Assembly (NCBI RefSeq): GCF_036321535.1
Contig: NC_087436.1
Span: forward strand, 122,514,001 to 122,578,000
Direction: 5' to 3'
DNA length: 64,000 nt
Origin: Camelus dromedarius
Taxonomy: Eukaryota
A model generated the notes under the pieces. It was not told the DNA's origin, did no database searches, and saw nothing but the letters and a program-made list of their open reading frames with translations. Position numbers and translations under genes: made by a program. Every line of letters starts with the position of its first letter. Position 1 is the stretch's first letter. Of the stretch, positions 1 through 11,899 are shown piece after piece.

Positions 1-2349
1 AAGGTGCAGCAGAGCCGGGTGCTCCGGGACTGGGAGCCAGGCCCCTCCGTGGTGCCAACGTGAGCCCAGGGGCCTTCCAGGTGGTGTCTGGGGAGAGCCG
101 GCTCTGCTGATGCCCCGGGCTGTGGGACCCTTCAGCCCAGAGCAAGTCTCATGTGGGGCAGGAGCCAGCGGGGCCACCTGAGATGCAAAGGAGCCTAGCA
201 CCTGAAAGTGTCACTTGCCTTCCCAGAGCCACCACCTAGCCACACGTGGTGGTGGGGCCCCGAGGGAGCCTGGGAACCCGTGCAGACAGCCTTCCCTGGG
301 GGCTGGGGGTTTGGGACCCTGCGTCCCCTGTGCTGAACTCCTAACACCACTGCCAGGGTCTACACTGGGAAGTTATGTTTGGGGTTGAACTTCTGGAGAC
401 AGACTCCGAGTGGTTACCTGTGTGAGTCAGCAGTCAGCGCCCCGTGGTTTGCTCTGGGCTGTGGGGTGGGGAGCCACAAAGCACACGGAGGCAGGGCCCC
501 TCGGACAGGACGGCCTGCACAGCCCCAGGGGGTGGGACGGGGCCTTGGAGGTCATCGTGGTAGTGGCGTGGGGCTGGCTGGAGGGCCCTCCGGGGGTGGC
601 TTCTAGGCGGGGGATGGACAGAGACCCTGGCCTGAGTGGTCTGTGGCAGGACACGGGGGACGCAGAGGGCAGGGGAGGTGGGGAGGGGTGGGCTCCTCAA
701 GTCCCTGTCCAGCTGGGCCGGTGAGGGGGTGGTTCGCTCCAGGCCACTTGGAGTCGGCCCTACAGGTCTGAGTGGCCTCGGAGGGGCATTTTGGGAGCCC
801 AGGTGAGAACTGCAGCTCCCTGTCTCCTTGGTTCTCCGAGGTAAGTCCCCGTAACCTGCTCACCCCGGTACTGGCTGCCCCCAAGGCAGGCCCAGGGCTT
901 TCCATCCCCTGAGACGTGGGTGCCCAACTTGGGCCGGGTCCCCGCGTCACTCACCTAACCCTGGACAGGTGCAGTCGAGTCTGCCTTCCCCAGCCGTGGC
1001 CACATGGCTGCCTGGGGTGAGCCTCGCCCCGGGCCGGGGCTGAGCACGCAGGCGGGAGGCGGCTCCCGGAGCCCTTTCACTGCGGCCACGTGGTGTGGGC
1101 GCCTGGGGGCTGCTCTAGCGCTGGGTGGGCCAGGTGTTGGTGGAAGCCCTTCCCCCTGAACTGGGGGAAGGCAGGCGACCCCAGGGCCCTCTGGGGTGGT
1201 GGGTGTGTGGGTGGGACTGGGCAGGGTCTGCGAGGGGGCCTGGGGCTCCATCCCTAGGCATCTTCTCAGCGCCAGTCCCCTGCAGGGTCCTCCGCGTTGG
1301 AGCAGACCTGGCCAGGCAGAAGTGCTGGAGGGCTGGCACGTCGGCCTTGGGGAGTGGGTGGGGTCCCTCCCGAGACAGCTGCCCCTAGGGCTCCAGGCGG
1401 CCCGGGCTGCTCCCCTCAGGGCTGCCTTGAGGCCTCCTCTCCCCTGGACCCTGCCCCCTCTCCTCAGGTGTCCCACACTTCAGGTCCCCGGGGCAGGGTC
1501 TCCAGAGGGCTCCTGAGGGGGAGGGGGCTGAGGCCGGGAGGAGGCTGGACGGCAGCCCCCTCCACTTGCCCACAGCACCCCTTGTCCTAGCCAGCATCCA
1601 CTACACCCCCCTCATCCTCCCCCAGAGACCCCCATCCTCCAGGACTGGCCCTACCCTGGGCTGCCTGGGCCAACCCTGTAGTACCTGCTCCCTACCTATG
1701 CTGGTCCCCTCTGTCCCCCACTGTCTAGAAATGTCAAGGGGCCTCTGCAGACCAGGCCTGGAAGGCAGCCCCTCAGGGATGGACCCGGGACCCCTGCCAC
1801 CGTGCTGGCTGCCTCTCTCTGCTGCCCTGTGCGCTGGGCCTTCTCTGGCTTCTGTCCTGACTAATCGTGCACCTGCTGTTCCCTCCGCCAGGTGGCTTCA
1901 GGGAAGGGATGGGGGTGGCCTGGGCCCTGGGCCACCAAAGGCAATGCTGAAGCCAGTGATAGGAGATAGCCCCCCCGCTCCCACCATCTCCCTCCTCATC
2001 CTGAGTTCTCTCTGGCCACCTCTGCCCGAGTGCCAGTGCTTGGACCACACAGACCGCCCGCTTCCCTCCAGGCGGGAGCCAAGTGACCAAGGGCAGCGGC
2101 AGCCCTGTACTGCTGCCACCCCGCCCAGTGGACCCCGCCCAGTGGACGGGTCGGAGACCTCATCTTCAGTGAAAGCATGAATTAGCCCCTCTTCCTGGGC
2201 CTCCCTTGCCTGTCTGGCCTCTGGGTGGAGGGGGACTGCCTGGAGGACCCTGAACCTGTGGGCAGGAGTCTCGTCCTTGTGACCTCCTGACTCCTGGTGC
2301 AAGCCTGGCAGACACAGATCCCTCTGTAGAAAAGCCAGAAACTGGGTCT

Positions 2350-2530
2350 CAGGAAGCCATGCACCTGCTCGTTCAGTAGCTGTTGACTGACCGATTCCTG
2401 GGTGCTGGGCCCTGCTGTAGGCTTGAGGAGGTGAGAGAGGGAGGGCGTCCGGGCAAAATGTTCATGCAGTAGAAACAGCCAGTGCAAAGGCCCTGAGGCA
2501 GGAGCAGCCTGGGGGTGGGGCTCGAGGGTC
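2350..2530 (-). mobile_element. LINE-2 relic
   Basis: Contains 'aacagccagtgcaaaggccctgaggcaggag', a typical antisense L2 3'-region motif (recalled consensus); boundaries approximate. Confidence 0.55.
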
Positions 2531-2749
2531 AAGAGTGAGAGGGGAGGGGGTCAAAATAACGTACCAGGAAGCATAATGGGAAAAATGGGCTAAGCTCTTC
2601 TGTGAGTGGGTGGGAAAGCCACATGTGTAACTTCCCAGTCACTTGCTGCAGCAAAAACTGACAAAATTACAAGCGGAAATTCACTGACCCACCATCCTTG
2701 GAGATTTTTTGCTAATCCTCCCATAGTAGTTAATTGTTCAAAAGAACGC

Positions 2750-3322
2750 AATATGGATATAGAAGATTTGATCGCTCTGGTTAGTGAGCTCCAGCTAACG
2801 GACGTCTGTGAAATGCAGCTCCTGACAATTGGGAAATTGCACTAATTCCCAGTACAAAATCAACCATTAATGGGCCAGAAAGAGAATGTCAATTGATTTC
2901 AAGGAATTTATATCATATGGATCATATTTTCTTAACACAACTCGGAAACAAAAAGGAAGCACACAAAGCCTCGTATGTTTAGAAATTTCAAAAATACACT
3001 TTATGTGGGGGTGTGGGGGTGCAGGGGAGGGTGCAGCTCAGTGGTAGAGCTCACGCTTAGCATGCGGAGGCCCTGGGTTTGATTCCCAGTACCTCCACTA
3101 AAACAAACAAACAAACAAACAAACAAACAAACAACTCACGGTCAAAGAAGAAATCACAAGTTAGAAAATACTTAGAACAGAATGACAATGAAAATGCTTC
3201 AAATTAAACTTGCCGAATACATCTGAGGCTGTGACTGGGGGAGGGGATTTATACCCCTGTGTGATTATGTTAGGAAAAAAGTGAAAATTAATGAGCTGAG
3301 CATATAATTTAAGAAATTCAAC
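2750..3322 (+). mobile_element. Ancient LINE-1 (L1M) ORF2 relic, interrupted by a SINE
   Basis: A-rich; 'ggtcaaagaagaaatcacaagttagaaaatacttagaacagaatgacaatgaaaat...aattaatgagctgagc' follows the L1 ORF2 segment WVKEEI..RKYLE.NENE...INEL. Confidence 0.75.
3024..3134 (+). mobile_element. tRNA-derived SINE, camelid Vic-1-like, with (AAAC)n tail
   Basis: ggggagggtgcagctcagtggtagagc (A box)...ctgggtttgattcccagtacctcc (degenerate B box), then (AAAC)n at 3100-3134; homologous to the copies at 16600 and 26816. Confidence 0.85.
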
Positions 3323-3410
3323 AAAGGTCAGCAAACTTCCTCTTGCAACAGCCAGATAGTAAACATTTTGGATTTTGAGGGCCACAGACGGTCTCTGTTG
3401 AATATTGTCC
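3322..3410 (+). mobile_element. MER58-like hAT-Charlie DNA transposon fragment
   Basis: 'caaaggtcagcaaactt...gccagatagtaaacattttggattttgagggccacagacggtctctgt' matches the recalled MER58A 5' end. Confidence 0.75.
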
Positions 3411-3509
3411 TTCCCCCAGAAGGGTTAAATCCATCCTGTGCTCCCAGCAGTCACATTTCAGGGGTTGTTTTCTGACCACCGAATTCGGGGAATGAAAGAA
3501 TAAAGCCAA

Positions 3510-4767
3510 TGGCAATTTTGCTAATGTTGGTTCTTCCAATCCAAGAGCACAAGATGTCTTCCCATTTCTTTGTATCATCTTCAATTTCCTTCACCAATGT
3601 TTTACAGTTTTCAGAGTATAGGTAACCTACTTGGTTAAGTTTATTTCTAGGCATTTTGTTGTTTTTGATGCAATGGAAATGTTTATGCCAGTTATAAATT
3701 TCTGGTTTTTGAAGTGCAAAAAAAAAGTGAATGAAGGCCGCAGATGGCAAAATATCCTCTTTTTCGTAGGTGAGTTATATTCCATTGTGTATATGTGCTA
3801 CATCTTCTTTACCCAATCATCTACTGATGTGCACTTAGGATGCTTCCATATCCTGGTAATTATAAATAATGCTGTTGTTAATAGCAGAGTGTATGTATCT
3901 TTCCGAGTTAATGTTTTTGTCTTTCTTGGATATATGCCCAGGAGTGGAGTTGCTGGGCCATATGGTGGTTCTATTTTTAGTTTTTTGAGAAACCTCCATA
4001 TTGTTTTCCATAGTGGCTGCACCAATTTTCATTCCCACCACCAGTGTACAAGGCTTCCCTTTTCTCCACATCCTGGCCGACATTTGTTATTTGTGTTCTT
4101 TTTGATGATGGCCATTCTGACAGGTTTGAGATGACGTCTCACTGTGATTTTGATTTGAATTTCTGATATAAGTGATGTTGAGCAACTTTTCATGTTCCCG
4201 TTGGCCATCTGCATTTCTTCTTTTGGAAAAATGTCTGTTCAGTTCTTCTGCCCATATTTTAAATGGGTTGGTTTTTTGTTTGCTTTTTAATTGAAGTGCA
4301 GTTGATTTACAATGTTGTGTTTGCTTACGACGTACAGCATGGATGGACCTGGAGGGCATTATGCTTAGTGAAATAAGTCAGACAGAGAAAGACAAACACT
4401 GTAAGATATCACTTACATGTGGAGTCTAAAAAAATACAACAAACCAGTGAACATAACAGAAGAGAAACGGACTCACAGATGCAGAGAAGGAGCGAGTGGT
4501 GCCCAGTGGGGAGAGGGAGGGGGAGGGGCAAGATGGAGGCGGAGCACTAAGAGGCACAAACTACCAGGTGTGAAATAAGCTGCCAGGGTGTACGCACAAC
4601 GTGGGGAATACGGCCAACAGGGCGTGGTCGGCATAAATGGAGTATAGCCTTTAAAAATCTGTGAGTCGCTATGCAGTATGCCTGTAACATAGAATATTGT
4701 ACATCAACCACACTTCAGTTTGAAAATTATATTGTAAAATAAATACATAAGTTAACAATGGTTAAAA
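3510..4767. mobile_element. Composite, internally inverted LINE-1 insertion with 16-bp TSD
   Basis: Antisense ORF2 pieces at 3510-3720 (LYSENCKTLVKEIEDDTKKWEDILCSWIGR) and 3740-4283 ([18 protein letters not shown]...), sense ORF2 end/3'UTR at 4334-4730; TSD gaaagaataaagccaa at 3494-3509 and 4768-4783. Confidence 0.85.
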
Positions 4768-5539
4768 GAAAGAATAAAGCCAAAGAAGAAGGAAAGAACA
4801 AAACAGGAGCATGAATGAGCGGAGCTGACGCAGCCCGAGGGAGGAGCCAGAGGGAGCAGGCAGGGCCCCACACCGCGGACTCCGCGGAGGTTGCAGAGAG
4901 TGAGGGCGTCGTCAGCAAGCCTGGCGAGCGAGCAGGTTCCCAGGGAAGCAGTGCCAGAAACTGGCGCCAGAGGTCAGGGCCCAGCGGTGGGCCTGCAGCC
5001 ACTGAGCAGCGGCCATCTTCCCGCAGAGACCACACCTGCTCCGGACCACTGTGGGCAAGTCTTACACAATATGCCAGGGGGAGAAAATGTGCCCCGAGCA
5101 CCGTGTGAGGCCAGACAGGGCCGGGGACCCTGCTGCTGGCCGGCCACTGGCCTCTGTCTCTCTCTGGGTTCCCCGTCTCTCTGGACGCCGTGGAGGGATG
5201 GGGGTGGGGTATGGAGCTCAGAGGCAGTCAGGGTCAACGTGCAGGGTGGTGAGGATCCAGGGCGAGCAGAGCCCGGCTCCCCCGGCCTCCACCCAGCCCT
5301 CTGCCCAGCCCTGGGGGAGGCCCTGGTTCCCTCACAGGGGCCACCAGCCCGCAGGTGCTGAGCCCCTCACGCCCCTGACCTTGCCCCCGACCTTGGCCCC
5401 CATGCTCAGCTGGGCCACCCTCCCGTGGTGCCCACAGCCCTGGACCTCCCAACTGTGGGCTTCTGTCCCGGGATCGAGTGGGAGGGGAAGTGACCCCCAT
5501 CACATGCCTCTTTCTGTCGCTCTGCAGTTGTGGGTATAG

Positions 5540-6150
5540 CTTTGTAAACCCTTTGTAAGTTGATTCAGGTCATCTATATTGCCTTAGGAAATTGTCAGTT
5601 TCATCAAGAATATCCAGCGTGTTAACTCGGCACTTGTCATCCTGGCGCCCTAGCGCCCTGTCCTCAGCCCTCGCGCTGCCCGTGTTCGCGAGCTCTACTG
5701 ATTAGACCGGGCAGAGGTTTGTTGATTGTATTTATTTATTTTGAGGAGCCAGCTCTTGGATTTACTGACAAGTTCCCCCATTTTTCTTGTTTCCAATCCA
5801 TTAATCCGCCTTTATCTGCAACCCCCTCCTGCCTCCCGTGGATTCACTTTATTGTTCTGTTTTCCCTCCTTGTGTCGAATGTTTAGTTCATTTATTTCCA
5901 GTCTCTCTTGCTCAGTAATAAAAACATTTAAGGCTGTGAATTCTCCGCCAGCTCCTCCTGAAGCCGCCTCCGCGGACGTGCAGCCCCTCTCCCAGCAGCT
6001 GTAAAATCGTCTGTCACGGCCACTTTTATTTGCTCTCTGACCCAGGGGTGATTCAGGAGAGTTGCTGGGAATTTCCACATCGCCTGGCTTCTTTTTTAGA
6101 TCCTTTTGACGATTTTTAGGTTCATTGCATTGGTTTAAATAACTAGGCTG
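5540..6150 (-). mobile_element. Ancient LINE-1 ORF2 relic
   Basis: Minus-strand translation GEFTALNVFITEQERLEINELN resembles L1 ORF2 GKFIALNAYIKKEER.KINEL; T-rich on the + strand. Confidence 0.75.
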
Positions 6151-6177
6151 GAAATGTTTTATGTTTGGGACAGAGCG

Positions 6178-6357
6178 AGGCATGTGTGCGCAAACGTGTA
6201 CCTGAGTGCATGCACATGTGTGCACACCTGTGGGCCCACGTGTGTGTGTGTGAGCGCTGCACATCTGTATGCCTGCCCTCATGTGGTCATACACATGTGT
6301 GAGTGTGTGTATGGAGGTGCAGGTGTGTACACGCATGCACACACGTGCACGCATGTG
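6178..6357. repeat. Degenerate (TG/CA)n alternating purine-pyrimidine tract
   Basis: catgtgtgcgca...tgcatgcacatgtgtgcacac...gtgtgtgtgtgtg...acacgcatgcacacacgtgcacgcatgtg. Confidence 0.85.
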
Positions 6358-6689
6358 GGGATGTTCTGTGGTTTCTGACCCGGGTGAGTGCTGCACGGTC
6401 AAGGACGTCTGGGAGAGGACTCAGGCCTCGTCCTCTTTTCAGTTTGTCCACTGCCTTCTGAGCCTCTGGGGGAGGTCGGGGCACTGCTGCCTCCTCACCC
6501 TGGAGCTGGTTCCCCTGAGGTGCCCAGGGGGACACCCCTGGTCTCATACCCCTTGTTTGGGTCTGGATTAATAGGCCACAACCACATCTTGGAGGCCCAC
6601 CCATGGGTGGCCTGGGAGTGGCTTGTTGGGGATTCCTGTGTGGGCAGAGGGGTCGTCCTGTGGCCCCAGGTCCTCCCTGAACCATGAAG

Positions 6690-6933
6690 ACAAGGAATCG
6701 AGGGCTGGGGGGAAACCAGGCCTGGAGGCGGCAAGCTCCAGCCCCACGAGTGGGCAGGCGTGTTCTCCTGGGAGTGTAATGGCCATCTCCTCCCTGTGTC
6801 CCCATGCGGCCATCCCTCTGTGTGTGTCTGTGTCCTAATCTCCTCTTCTCATAGGGACACCAGTCAGATTGGATCAGGGCTCCCCCTAAAGACTTCACTT
6901 TACATTATTCACCTCTTTAAAGACTCCATCTCC
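6690..6933 (-). mobile_element. MLT1 (ERVL-MaLR) LTR fragment, MLT1B/C-like
   Basis: 'ctctgtgtgtgtctgtgtcctaatctcctcttctcatagggacaccagtcagattggatcagggc...taaagactccatctcca' is typical antisense MLT1. Confidence 0.8.
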
Positions 6934-7610
6934 ATTTTTTTAAATGGCAGTAAAGTACATATAACAAAACTTACCATGTTAACCATTTCTAAGTGTGCAG
7001 CTCAGTGGCATTAAGTGCATTCACACTGCTGTGCAGCCGTCACCACCACTCGTGCACAGAGCTTCTCCATCTTCCCAAATGACAGTGTCCCCGTTACACT
7101 GACTCCCCATTCCCCCAGCCCTGGAACCCACCACCCTACTTTCTGTCTCTATGGATTTGACTCCTCTAGGGACTGCCTGTAAGAGGAATGAGACAGTGTT
7201 TGGGTTTTTGTGCCTGGCTTATTTTGCTCAGCATAACACCCTTCAAGGTTAATCTGCGCTGTAGCAGGTGTCAGAATGTCCCTCGTTTTCCAGGCTGAAT
7301 AATGTTCCACTGTGTGGGTGGACACTTGTGTTTCTTCTACCCTTTGCCTGTTGTGAACAATGCTGCTACGCACATGGGGTTACAGATACCTCTTTGAGAC
7401 CCTGCTTTCAATTCTTTTGAGTACATACCCAGAGATGGAACAGCTGCATCCTGTAGTAATTCTCTGTTTAAATTTTTGAGTAACCACCTACTGGTTTCCA
7501 CAGCAGCGGCGCCGTTTCGTGTTCCCACCAGCAGCGCACAAGGCGTCCAGGCTCCCCACGAACCGACACTTGTTCTGGGTGGCTGTCAATCCTGGTGGGC
7601 TGGGATCGTG
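6934..7610 (-). mobile_element. LINE-1 3' end, L1MB-like
   Basis: Starts with a T-run, then 'acatataacaaaacttaccatgttaaccatttctaagtgtgcagctcagtggcattaagt'; minus-strand ORF2 C-terminal remnant (WLLKNLNREL..DAAVPSLGMYSKELK). Confidence 0.85.
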
Positions 7611-7619
7611 CCCGTGGAG

Positions 7620-8560
7620 TTTGTTTTCTGTTCTGTTGCTGACATTTAACTCCCTTGCATTAAGGCAGGAAATTTGCTCAAAGTCTATGGCCTGACATAC
7701 AGCCACTTTTCCTAGATACTCCACCTGTGCTTGGAAAGAACATACATTCTGCAGATGTTTGTAGCATTCTGTATATGTGTGTAAGACCTAGGCTAATTGC
7801 ACAAATCTTCTACATCCTTATTGAATATTTCGTCTCCTGAGACACCGAGTAGTGACAGCCGTGTAGGAGTTGACAGTGGCTGACGGGCTGTTTCTCCTTG
7901 TGGTTTTTGTAGGTGCGTTCAGGTTGATGATCTATTTCTGTTGAATTGAATCTTTCATAATTACAAATTGACCCTCTTTATCTCTAGTGATAGTTTTGAT
8001 TAAGTTCTGTTTTGTGTGACATTAATCTAGCTGTAACACCTTTCGGCGGCCGCGGTTCCATTTTTGATGCCATCCAGTAGACCTGAGCTTCTGCTGGATG
8101 TCACTCCAGCCTGAAAACCCCCTTTTAGCAGGTCTTGTAGTTGAGTCTGATGACTCAGCTGTCATTTGTCTGAAAATATCTTCATTTTGCCTTGACTGTG
8201 GAAGCGCAGTTTTGCCAGACGTGGAATTCTAGTTCGTCTCCTTCTTTAAAGATGCCGTTCCATTGTCTTCCGGCTGGCATAGTTTCCGGTGAGTGATCAG
8301 AAGTGAGTTTATTGTTGCCTCTCTGGATGTAATGTGTCTTTTTTTCTTTTTTTTCCTCCCTGGCGGCTTTTGAGATTTGTGCTTTATTTTTGGTTTTCAG
8401 GAGTTGGCCGTGACATACCTAGGAGTGGTTTTTCTTCATATTTATCGTGCTTGGTTGCTGCTGTTTCAGCCAGCTTGTGAACTCGACGGGTTGTTAGACT
8501 TTGTTCTGCAGTCTTCTCTCTCCTGCCCTCTGGGCCTCCAGCTCCAAACACATTAGACGT
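7620..8560 (-). mobile_element. Ancient LINE-1 relic (endonuclease/ORF1 side), probably continuing 5540-6150
   Basis: T-rich antisense L1 motifs such as 'gaccctctttatctctagtgat' and 'ttgtctgaaaatatcttcattttgccttg...ggaattctagtt'. Confidence 0.65.
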
Positions 8561-11432
8561 GTGGTAGTTTGGACTGTGGACCAAGCCCATTGCCTCCCCT
8601 GGTCCGTGGGGGAGGACCCACTGTGCCAGCCAGGCGCCCACCCCAGGTGCCCACTAGGAAAGCCTCATCTTACGTGGACGTCAGTTCCTGAAAATTCCCT
8701 GCAGACGCTGCCCTTCCGGCACCCCTGGCTGTAAGTGTGATGCGTGTTCTCTTCAGGCGCCAAGGGCTCTGACGTCCTCTGCACTCTGACCAGGTGTATG
8801 TTTTTGTGACATTCTGCTTTGAATCTTTCTGCAGCCTTGGCTGTCAGGCCTTTGGTGAACCGACTGGAGTGGTTCTCTTAATTCCCCTTTCCACTTTACC
8901 TGGAGTGCTTGGTGTGTCTCACTCACTGTCAGTCTTCTGTCACTGGATTCTGTGCCTCCTGCTGCCTCCTCCCGGCTGCGATGCTGTGAGTTCTGTTTCT
9001 GCTCTGCAAATGGGCACCCAGCTGTCATGACGAGGCCTTGCCTTGCAAAGTCTGAAACTCACACAGGTCTTTACCTCCCGCACCCCCACACCAGTGCTCT
9101 GTGGCCCTGGCACTGCCCTGCCCTCCTGGCTTTCTGTCCTGTTGTGTGTGGGCAGGCTCATTGTACCCACTGGTTGTGGACAGCTCTGATGTGTGCAGTC
9201 AGTGGCCATGGTGTCCCCACATATGTCCCACCCGGACTGCAGGGCATATGTTTCCTCATTCCTTCTGCCAAGGCCTCTCTGAGGAAGTGGGCACTCAGCC
9301 GACTCCTGTGGGTGGGCCAGCCAGCCCCGAGCTCCCAAGGCAGAGGCACTGTCTCGGAAGCCTGATCTTGGAAGTGCCTCTTGTCTCCTCTGCCACTGGG
9401 TGCAGCCCACACTGGGCTTGAACCCAGGAGGTGGGAGTCGTGACCAAAGGCCAGCAGCCTATGGCCCCTGGGCCACGCCCAGCCCACTGTTGCCTCTGAA
9501 GTGGAGTGTCAGATGGCAGAGGCAAGAGGGAGCTGGGGGCTGTCAGGCTCACAAAAGGAGATACTGACCCTGGTGCTTCACAGAGTCTGCTACCCCCTAG
9601 TCCGTGCCCTGTGCGCCCTGGCACCCAGCCCTACCACCAGTGCCTGGCTGGACGCAGGGTCTTGGACAAGGGCTGGAGCCCCAGTTCTTTGGGCCCCAAT
9701 GTAATGTCTATCCAGTGGGGCTGGATGCCCGTTCTGCCGGCCTCCTGGGAGTGTGGCCAGTCTGCTGTGCACTGACTGCATGGTGCAGCTCAGCCTGGGA
9801 CGGTTGAAGCCCTGCACGTGGTGCTGGTGTCCAGTTACAGCCCATCATCAGCCTGGCAGGTGAGTGGGCAGGGCGACCCATTCATTAACGTACACCAAGG
9901 CCCCTCCCTTCTTGTGGGGGCTGTGGGTGGCATGGGGGAGGGGGGCCCTCACACAGGCCCCAGGGCCTGGCTCCACTTCCCAGCATGGCCATCTCCTCTG
10001 AATGAACCTGGGTTGTGAGGGTGAGGTGGGCTGATCGGGGCAGGGTGTCCAACGGCTGTGCTGGTTGCCCCTATGTGGTGGTCCCTGCGTGTGCTGGGGC
10101 CTGGTGCTTAGAACTGCCTTGGGGACCCAGGTGGGTTTGCTGTGTGAGGATAGCCCTGGGACTGGCTGGGGTTCAGGGCTGGGTCCCCCTTCCTGAGGGC
10201 CTGCTACTCCATCTGGGGAGCCCCCCAGCATGTTCCCACAAAAGCTGGGCGTGGGCAGGGCCTGCCCTGAGCACTGGGCTTCTGCTGCCGTAGGCCCGCT
10301 GTGTGCCAGGCCCCAGGTGGCCATCCACGCCGGGCCAAGGCCACACAGCAGGGGCTGTGGGTGAGGCTGGAGGTGGTCCTGACTGGAGTCAGGATGTCTG
10401 CACAAAGGGGCCACTGAGAGGGAGGGGCTGATGGTGTGGCGGGCTTAGTCCCTTTGGGGTCCTGCAGCCAGCAGGGCCCTTGAGATGCTCACTCGGTGAC
10501 ATCCCAGCCCCTCAGGCCCAGATGCGGGTGAGGCCAGAACAGCCGGGGTCGAGGGCTGGGGCCGGGAGGGGCACCTCCCTCCCGCCCTCCTGAGGTTGTG
10601 GACTGGGGCCCGAGGGCTGGAGGGGCAGCAGCTGTGCGTGCGCTCCGCCACGTGGCCCCGCAGGCTGGGCAGGGGCTTCTGCTCCGAGAGCCCGGCGCTC
10701 GGATCGAGGCCTCCTGTTTCTCAGCTTGAAGCCGATGCCAAGTGTCAGTTGAGTGCACGGAGGCATGAAGTGTTCCCAGTGATGAGGGGCTGGGGTCTGG
10801 GCCTCGCGGGGCGGTCAGCTCCCACGGGCAGGAGTCGGAGAAATGATGATCCCTTCTCCCCAAAGCTGGAGAGCCAGGCCAAACTGAGGCACTGACTGCT
10901 CTGCCTAGACCCTCAGTGGCCCCAGGTGCTCTCTGGCTGGGTCTCTGGGGCGCACAGTCCAGGCCCAGAGTGGGGCTCTGCTTCTGCTGGCCGGTTCCAG
11001 GAGGCCCCTGGTGTCGCACCCTGTGGCTCTACCCGCACTGCCCCTGGTGGCCACTGGGTGGCAGCAAAGATCGCCCCCACAGTGGCTGACACAGCAGCCT
11101 TCCTAGGGGTGGGCAGGCCTGCAGTGGTCTGCAGCCCTGGGCAGGGGTGCAGATTCTGGGGCCCAGAGGTGGTGGTGATGGTGTCCCCTGTCGGCCCCAC
11201 CCACTCCTGGGCCCTCTGGGCCTCTGGTGGCTCCTTCCTCTTACCAGTCAGAGCTGGGTCCTGGGAGGGGTTCAAGGGCACTCCCAGAAGAGTGCTGGGG
11301 GATGCGGACAGGACGAGGTGCCCCACCCCAGGGAGGCCCAGCCCTCCAGGGGCTTGTCATGGGTGTGGGGGCTCCGGGTTGGGAAGGGCAAGGGGAGCTG
11401 TGGGTGTGGCCCAGGTCATTGGACACTGCAAT

Positions 11433-11490
11433 GTACAGATGGGTCCCTGAGTCCAGAGAGGGTCAGGGACTTGCCCGAGCCCACACAGCT
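11433..11490 (-). mobile_element. MIR core fragment
   Basis: 'tacagatgggtccctgagtccagagagggtcagggacttgcccgagcccacacagct' is the antisense MIR core. Confidence 0.65.
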
Positions 11491-11794
11491 CACACAGCCC
11501 GAATCCCCCAGGGAGTCATTCTTCAGTGGGTGGGTTCCAAGGGGTTCTGGGAAATTGAGATTAAGCCCCAGGCTCCTACGGACTTGAGGCATGGCCTTGG
11601 GAGGAGCCAGCTGCTGAGTGAAACCCTGGGAGCAGGAGTGACTGCAGGGACCAGCGCTGGAGGGGTGGGGGCCTGAGGCCCCCTTGCCTGGGCTCCCTCT
11701 GCCAACTCCCGCTCTTTCCCCGCGGGCCTTCGCTGCTGCTGAGGCTTCCGCAGGGTCTGGCCAGATCAGCCGCAGCGCTCCAGGCTTGAGGAGT

Positions 11795-11899
11795 AGAGCT
11801 GTGTCCCCGCCACTGCTGGGCCAGGCGGACCCTGTACCCCTGGTGCCTGGCAGAGCTGTGTCCCCTGCACCTGCTGGGCCAGGCGGGCCCTGTACCCCC
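11795..11899. repeat. Short tandem duplication, 2 copies, 57-bp period
   Basis: agagctgtgtcccc...ctgctgggccaggcgg(a/g)ccctgtacccc starting at 11795 and 11852. Confidence 0.9.

Noticed and set aside
3709..4300. 10-bp direct repeat ttgaagtgca (3709-3718 and 4291-4300) as an inner TSD
   Set aside because: Both copies can be explained as L1-internal sequence and do not sit at matching insertion boundaries.
3451..4359. Functional reverse transcriptase or L1 ORF2 gene (also 26141-26524, 40650-47310 and 46032-46629)
   Set aside because: Only short, frameshifted, truncated fragments remain; there is no intact ORF.
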